Assembly (NCBI GenBank): GCA_963799485.1
Contig: CAWCXJ010000013.1
Location: forward strand, 1 to 64,000
Reading direction: 5' to 3'
DNA: 64,000 bases
Source of the DNA: an uncultured Trueperaceae bacterium
GTDB lineage: Bacteria; Deinococcota; Deinococci; Deinococcales; Trueperaceae
Part shown: positions 59,328 through 64,000 of the stretch, in pieces
Position numbering within the stretch: position 1 is the stretch's first letter
Layout: the number at the start of each line of letters is the position of its first letter
Translations under genes and position numbers: made by a program
Notes under the pieces: generated by a model
What the model saw: the letters and a program-made list of their open reading frames with translations, nothing else
Told to the model about the DNA's origin: nothing
The model's database searches: none

Positions 59328-60503
59328 ATGGCTGAAGTCGAACAAGTACGGGTAACGGAAAAAGGGGCGCGGCGGCTGGCGTCGGGACACCCGTGGGTGT
59401 TTGCCAGCGATTTACGCGTTTCAGGGCGCGCTGCGCCCGGTTTGGCGGCAGTTTTCAACCCTCGCGGGGAACGGCTCGGCGAAGGGTTTTACAATCCGCA
59501 CTCGAAGCTGGCTTTGCGGCTCGTGACGCGGGGCGACGCACAGGTTACGCCCGAGCTTATCGCTACGCGCCTCCGGCAAGCAGCGACGTACCGGGCGCGG
59601 GCGGCGGCAGGCTTTGAAGCGTTTCGCGTCGTCCACAGCGAAGCGGACGGCCTGCCGGGTCTGACGGTCGATAAATACGGCGATTATCTGGTGCTGCAGC
59701 AACACGCCGCCGCACTCTCGAGTTTTACCCAAGTTATCGTCGCAACGCTGGTAGACAGCTACGCCCCCAAAGGCATTTTGGCCCGGAACGACAACGCGGT
59801 GAGGCGGCTCGAGGCCCTCCCTCAAGAAATTACGCTGCTCGCCGGGTCGGTGCCTGAAGCGGTGCCCTTTACCGAAGGTAACGTGACGCTCACCGCTGCG
59901 CCCTACACGGGCCAAAAAACCGGCGCGTTTTTAGACCAGCGGGCAAACCATGTGTACGCGGGTCAGCAGGCCTACGGTCGCGCCTTAGACGTGTTTTCGT
60001 ATCACGGCGGCTTTGCCTTGCAGCTCGCCCGCCGCGCCGACGAGACGACGGCGGTGGACTCGAGCGCCCCCGCACTGGCACAACTGGAGCGGAGCGCCGG
60101 GGCCAACGACCTCGCCGTAAAGACGGTTCAGGGCGACGCCTTCGCCGTGTTGCGCGGCCTCGTCAGCGGCGCGGAGCGGTTTGATACAGTGGTTTTAGAC
60201 CCCCCGGCGTTTGCCAAAGGCCGCACTCAGGTGACGGCGGCGCTGACGGGCTACCGTGACCTTAATCTGCACGCACTCAAGCTGCTCGCGGTCGGCGGAC
60301 GGCTCCTCACCGCGAGCTGCTCGCACTTCATCTCCGAAGCGGTGTTTTTAGAGATGCTTACGGGGGCGGCGCAAGACGCAGGAAGGACGGTGCGGGTGCT
60401 TGCCAAACGGGGCGCTGCGGCGTGTCACCCGGAAGTGCTGAGCTTGCCGGAAACGCGTTATCTGACGTTTGTAGGGCTCGAGGTTACCGACATCATTCGC
60501 TGA
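59328..60503 (+). CDS. RlmI-family SAM-dependent rRNA methyltransferase
   Basis: GHPWVF, SEADGLPGL.VD, GQKTGAFLDQR, LDPPAF, SCS motifs. Confidence 0.9.
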   Translation: MAEVEQVRVTEKGARRLASGHPWVFASDLRVSGRAAPGLAAVFNPRGERLGEGFYNPHSKLALRLVTRGDAQVTPELIATRLRQAATYRARAAAGFEAFRVVHSEADGLPGLTVDKYGDYLVLQQHAAALSSFTQVIVATLVDSYAPKGILARNDNAVRRLEALPQEITLLAGSVPEAVPFTEGNVTLTAAPYTGQKTGAFLDQRANHVYAGQQAYGRALDVFSYHGGFALQLARRADETTAVDSSAPALAQLERSAGANDLAVKTVQGDAFAVLRGLVSGAERFDTVVLDPPAFAKGRTQVTAALTGYRDLNLHALKLLAVGGRLLTASCSHFISEAVFLEMLTGAAQDAGRTVRVLAKRGAAACHPEVLSLPETRYLTFVGLEVTDIIR

Positions 60504-60531
60504 AAGACAGGTTTGAGATGTGTGGTTCAAG

Positions 60532-60801
60532 ATGACAGGTTTGGGAGAACAGCTGCGCGAGGTTTTGGCGGCGCAGGGGCTTTCGCCCGAACAGCTCGAC
60601 GCTTTGGCCGCGCAGCTCGTGTGGCGAGTAGGCCGTAGCGGAGACGAGGGGCCGGTGACGGTGCGGGTCGGTTTTGCCACGAGCGCCGCGCTCTTTGCCG
60701 ACTTGCCGCGCCTCAAGACGGCGTCGGACGCCGAACTCGAGGAGGCTGCCCAAACGGGCGCAGTGCGCGTAGAATGGGTGGGGACGCGCCCGCGCCCTTA
60801 A
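60532..60801 (+). CDS. DUF3248-family protein
   Basis: QLVWRVG, VRVG.A, LPRL..SDAEL, VEWV pattern recalled for this family. Confidence 0.72.
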   Translation: MTGLGEQLREVLAAQGLSPEQLDALAAQLVWRVGRSGDEGPVTVRVGFATSAALFADLPRLKTASDAELEEAAQTGAVRVEWVGTRPRP

Positions 60802-60813
60802 ACCGGTTTAGTT

Positions 60814-61329
60814 ATGGATATCGCGCACACGGTTCACTTTGGTTTCGACCTCAGCCTCGCTCCGGCTGAGGCGGTGGCCTTCGTGCGCGACGTGCCGCGC
60901 AGCCTCGCCTACGCCGCCTTTATCCGCGATATGGAAGTCTTCGAGGTGGGCAGCCTCCAGCACGTGCGCGCGTTGCTGCCGGTCAACGCAGCGTTTTTCG
61001 GTCAGCAAGAGCTGACCTTTGAAAGTACCTTAAAACCGACCGTGCGGGGGGCCGAGCTGAGCCCGCTGCCGCTTTCCGAACCGCGTCTGGGTTGGGCCGA
61101 GGTCGCCGGACGCGCCGACGTGCAACCCTTACCGAGCGGCAGCCGCGTCGTCTACGACTTCGACATCACAATTCACCTGAACTTGCCCGAACCCGAGAAA
61201 TGGGGCGGGCGGGCGCTCCTCAAGATGATTCATTTTACGGCGCAGCGGGTGCTGGAAAATATCGCGGCGGATTTTCCCGCAGCCGTGCAGCGGGCTGCGG
61301 CTGAAACCGAAGCGGCGTACCAGGCATAA
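60814..61329 (+). CDS. DUF3809-family protein
   Basis: AVAFVRD, WAEVAG, EKWGGRA pattern; adjacent to DUF3248. Confidence 0.68.
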   Translation: MDIAHTVHFGFDLSLAPAEAVAFVRDVPRSLAYAAFIRDMEVFEVGSLQHVRALLPVNAAFFGQQELTFESTLKPTVRGAELSPLPLSEPRLGWAEVAGRADVQPLPSGSRVVYDFDITIHLNLPEPEKWGGRALLKMIHFTAQRVLENIAADFPAAVQRAAAETEAAYQA

Positions 61330-61339
61330 ATCAGGTGCC

Positions 61340-61745
61340 GTAGCTGAAATAGCTGGCGCTCTTCCTGAACTTACGGTCATGGACGTAGAAAAAGCCCGGT
61401 GTTTTATACCGATTTGCCCGGGTTTACGGTGCTTTTCTCCCGACCCGAAGCGCGTTTTGCCTATCTGGGTCTGGGTGACGCGCAGCTGATGCTCGACCAA
61501 TACAGCGAGGGGCAAGGCTGGGACGGCTCGAGCTTCCCTTCGGTCGCGGCATCAACTTGCAAACCGAAGTCGAATTGGAGCCCGCTGCTCACACGTTTGG
61601 CAGCGGCGAAGCACAGCTTTTCGTCCCGCCGGAAACAAACTGGTACCATCAGGACGGCGAGCTGCACGGCAACCGTGAATTTTTGGTACAACCGGACGGT
61701 TATGTGCTCAGGTTCAGCGAATATCTCGGGACGAAACCAGTCTAG
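61340..61745 (+). pseudogene. VOC/glyoxalase-family gene with several frameshifts
   Basis: Fragments LPELTV..D / FYTD..GF..RPE..FAYL..AQLML / PFGRGINLQ / WY...EFLVQPDGYVLRF lie in different frames. Confidence 0.75.
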
Positions 61746-61756
61746 GCGTTTTACGG

Positions 61757-63103
61757 CTACTTGCCGACACAGAAGTTTTTGAAAATATGCTCTAAAGTCT
61801 CTTCAGCCACGTCGCCGCGTCCGGTGAGTTCGGCAAGTGTTTTGAGCGCGTCGGCCAGGTCGAGCGCGGCGAGGTCGTCGGGTGCATTTTGGGCGCGCAG
61901 GAGATGGTCGCGCACCGTTTCCAACGCTTGAATCTGCCGTTCGCCGCCGAGCCACAATTCGCTCCCTCCGGCGTCGCCGATGAGCTTGCCCCGAATGAGC
62001 GCGCGGAGGGTGTCCAAGCCTGCGCCGGTCGTTGCGGAAATGTTCAGCACATTTACGGGGAGGCTATCGGGTGCCCAGACCGGCTCCAGGTCGGTTTTGC
62101 TCGCCAGAACCAGAAGCCGCGCCGGGTCGAGGTCGCGGGTAAGGGCGAGGTCGCCGGAGTCCAGCTCCCGGCTCGTATCGAGCAGCAGCAAGCTCAAATC
62201 GGCGTTTTGCGCAATACTCCGCGCGAGTTCGACGCCGCTCGCTTCTACTACGTCGCCGGTATCTCTGATGCCCGCCGTGTCGATGGCTGTGACCGGGACG
62301 CCGAGGATGTCCAGGGGAGCCTCGAGGTAGTCTCGAGTCGTCCCCGGCACGTCCGACACGAGCGAGCGCCCGTAACCGAGCAGCGCATTTAAGAGGCTCG
62401 ATTTTCCGGCGTTGGGTTTGCCGATGAGCGCCAGCCGCGCCCCCCGCTGCGCCATCCGGCCCGCTTTGGCGGTACCTAAAAGCTTGTCGATACGGCCCAC
62501 GGCCCGCGCGAGCGGTGCCGCAAACTCCGCGTCGGGCACGCCCTCATCCGGGTAGTCGAACATCGCCTGAACATCGCCGTAAACTTGCGTGACATCGCTC
62601 TGGATAAGGCCGAGTTGCTCGCTCAGTGTTTTGGACAACCCCAACGCCGCGCTCCGCCGTGCGCTGTCACTCTGCGCGTTGACGAGTTCCAAAACGGCCT
62701 CGGCCTGCACCAGATCGAGCCGCCCGGAGAGGAAGGCGCGCAGCGTAAACTCGCCCGGTTGCGCGAGCCGCGCCCCGTGCTGCACGCACAGCTCTAAAAC
62801 GCGTCGTAAAACGGCGGGGCCGCCGTGCGTTTGCAGCTCCAACACGTCTTCGCCGGTGTACGAGCGCGGGGCGCGGAAGGTCAGCAGCAGGCTCTCGTCA
62901 ATGAGTTCGGCCTCATCCAGCACGCGACCGTAAACGACCCGGTTAGCCGGAAGCTCCGTGACCCTGCGCCCGTTGTTCGGCGTAAAGAGTTTGCTGCCGA
63001 CCCCGTAGGCGTTCGGCCCTGAAAGCCGCACGATACCCACGGCTCCGACGCCGGGAGCGGTGGCAATGGCGGCGATGGTGTCACCTTGGGGCGGGAGCGG
63101 CAT
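61757..63103 (-). CDS. mnmE: tRNA modification GTPase MnmE
   Basis: DTIAAIATA, GEFTLRAF, GKPNAGKSS, GTTRD, DTAG, C-terminal FCVGK. Confidence 0.96.
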   Translation of the reverse strand: MPLPPQGDTIAAIATAPGVGAVGIVRLSGPNAYGVGSKLFTPNNGRRVTELPANRVVYGRVLDEAELIDESLLLTFRAPRSYTGEDVLELQTHGGPAVLRRVLELCVQHGARLAQPGEFTLRAFLSGRLDLVQAEAVLELVNAQSDSARRSAALGLSKTLSEQLGLIQSDVTQVYGDVQAMFDYPDEGVPDAEFAAPLARAVGRIDKLLGTAKAGRMAQRGARLALIGKPNAGKSSLLNALLGYGRSLVSDVPGTTRDYLEAPLDILGVPVTAIDTAGIRDTGDVVEASGVELARSIAQNADLSLLLLDTSRELDSGDLALTRDLDPARLLVLASKTDLEPVWAPDSLPVNVLNISATTGAGLDTLRALIRGKLIGDAGGSELWLGGERQIQALETVRDHLLRAQNAPDDLAALDLADALKTLAELTGRGDVAEETLEHIFKNFCVGK

Positions 63104-63194
63104 AGGGTATTAAAACGTCCGCTGTGAGCGGGCGGCGTCCGCTAAACGACGCCCAATGTTTGGCTGTTTCTGAACGAATTTTTGCAAGTCTACG

Positions 63195-64000
63195 TCAGGC
63201 TGCTTGAAGCGCAACTTCAGAGAACGCCTCGTTGGCTGCCTGGATCATCCGGTCGATATCGGCCTCGGTATGGGCATACGATAAAAACGCCGCCTCATAC
63301 GCGCTTGCAGGCCAGTAAATCCCCCGGTTCAAAAGGCCGTGAAACCACCGTCTGAACTGCCCTGTATCGGTCGTGCTGGCGCTTTCAAAGTCTGTAACCG
63401 CCTGCTCGGTAAAAAACACCGTAATCATCGAGCCGACGCGGTTGATGGTCACGGGCACACCGTTCGCCTCGGCTGCGCCTTCAAGCCCGGTCTCCAACTG
63501 CGCGCCCCTCGCTTCTAACACTTCGTACAAATCCGGCAGCGCATCCATCGCCGCAAACGTCGCAAGCCCCGCCGCCATCGCCAGCGGATTGCCCGAGAGC
63601 GTCCCGGCCTGATAGACCTTGCCGACCGGGGAGACCTGCGCCATGAACTGCGCCTTGCCGCCGTAGGCTCCGACCGGCAGGCCGCCGCCGATGATTTTGC
63701 CCCAGCACACCAGGTCGGCGTCGATGCCGTAACGCTCGACCGCGCCGCCACGGGCGAGCCGAAAGCCGGTCATCACCTCGTCGGCGATGAGCAGTGCGCC
63801 GTTGTTACGGGTCAACTCGCGCAAGCCGCTTAAAAACTCATGGGTCGGCTCGACCACGCCCATATTACCGACGACGGGCTCGAGGATAACCGCCGCAATC
63901 TCATCCGGGCGCAGTTCAAAAAGTTCCCGCACCGAGTCCAAATCGTTGTACTGCGCGACCAGCGTCGTTTTTGCGGTATCTGCCGGAACCCCCGCCGACG
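63195..64000 (-). CDS. hemL: Glutamate-1-semialdehyde 2,1-aminomutase; 5' part off the window
   Basis: EPVVGNMG, DEVMTGFR, GKIIGGGLPVGAYGG, YQAGTLSGNP motifs. Confidence 0.95.
   Translation of the reverse strand, partial: SAGVPADTAKTTLVAQYNDLDSVRELFELRPDEIAAVILEPVVGNMGVVEPTHEFLSGLRELTRNNGALLIADEVMTGFRLARGGAVERYGIDADLVCWGKIIGGGLPVGAYGGKAQFMAQVSPVGKVYQAGTLSGNPLAMAAGLATFAAMDALPDLYEVLEARGAQLETGLEGAAEANGVPVTINRVGSMITVFFTEQAVTDFESASTTDTGQFRRWFHGLLNRGIYWPASAYEAAFLSYAHTEADIDRMIQAANEAFSEVALQAA

Noticed and set aside
60506..60543. GACAGGTTTG direct repeat at the DUF3248 start
   Set aside because: Only two 10-bp copies, one inside the CDS; no supporting context.
1..64000. CRISPR array, tRNA or rRNA genes
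   Set aside because: I saw no regularly spaced 25-40 bp repeats and no tRNA/rRNA-like sequence. An array may lie outside the window.

Overview
A 64 kb, moderately GC-rich bacterial chromosomal segment. Its gene set (DUF3248, DUF3809, Deinococcus/Thermus-type LepB and HtrA, many TANNNT-N6-start leaderless promoters) suggests Deinococcota, probably Truepera-like; this is inference. 1-12.7 kb: one tightly coupled minus-strand cas run, cas6 - 93-aa orphan - cas8b (with a hidden in-frame cas11 start) - cas7 - cas5 - cas3 - cas4 - cmr1 - cas10/cmr2 (no HD, GGDD intact) - cmr3 - cmr4 (runs off the window). It joins type I-B and type III-B modules; no cas1/cas2 or array is in the window. 12.8-21.7 kb: an IS256 remnant, an ATPase-less peptide/nickel ABC cluster and a nested pile of about 7 IS elements or fragments, two apparently intact. 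21.8-29.9 kb: DeoR regulator and myo-inositol catabolic operon (iolC frameshifted). 30-64 kb: mostly housekeeping and envelope genes (malQ, ruvA, ald, truB, pgl, lepB, htrA, rlmI-like, mnmE, hemL), plus a Phd/VapC module abutting truB and GH6 and pectin-acetylesterase-like lipoproteins. Across the window two short words look strongly over-represented by hand count: the palindrome CTCGAG and the non-palindromic (CG)CCGTAAA(A). They may be a HIP1-like and a DNA-uptake/nucleoid-signal-like system. All calls come from motif reading, not database searches.
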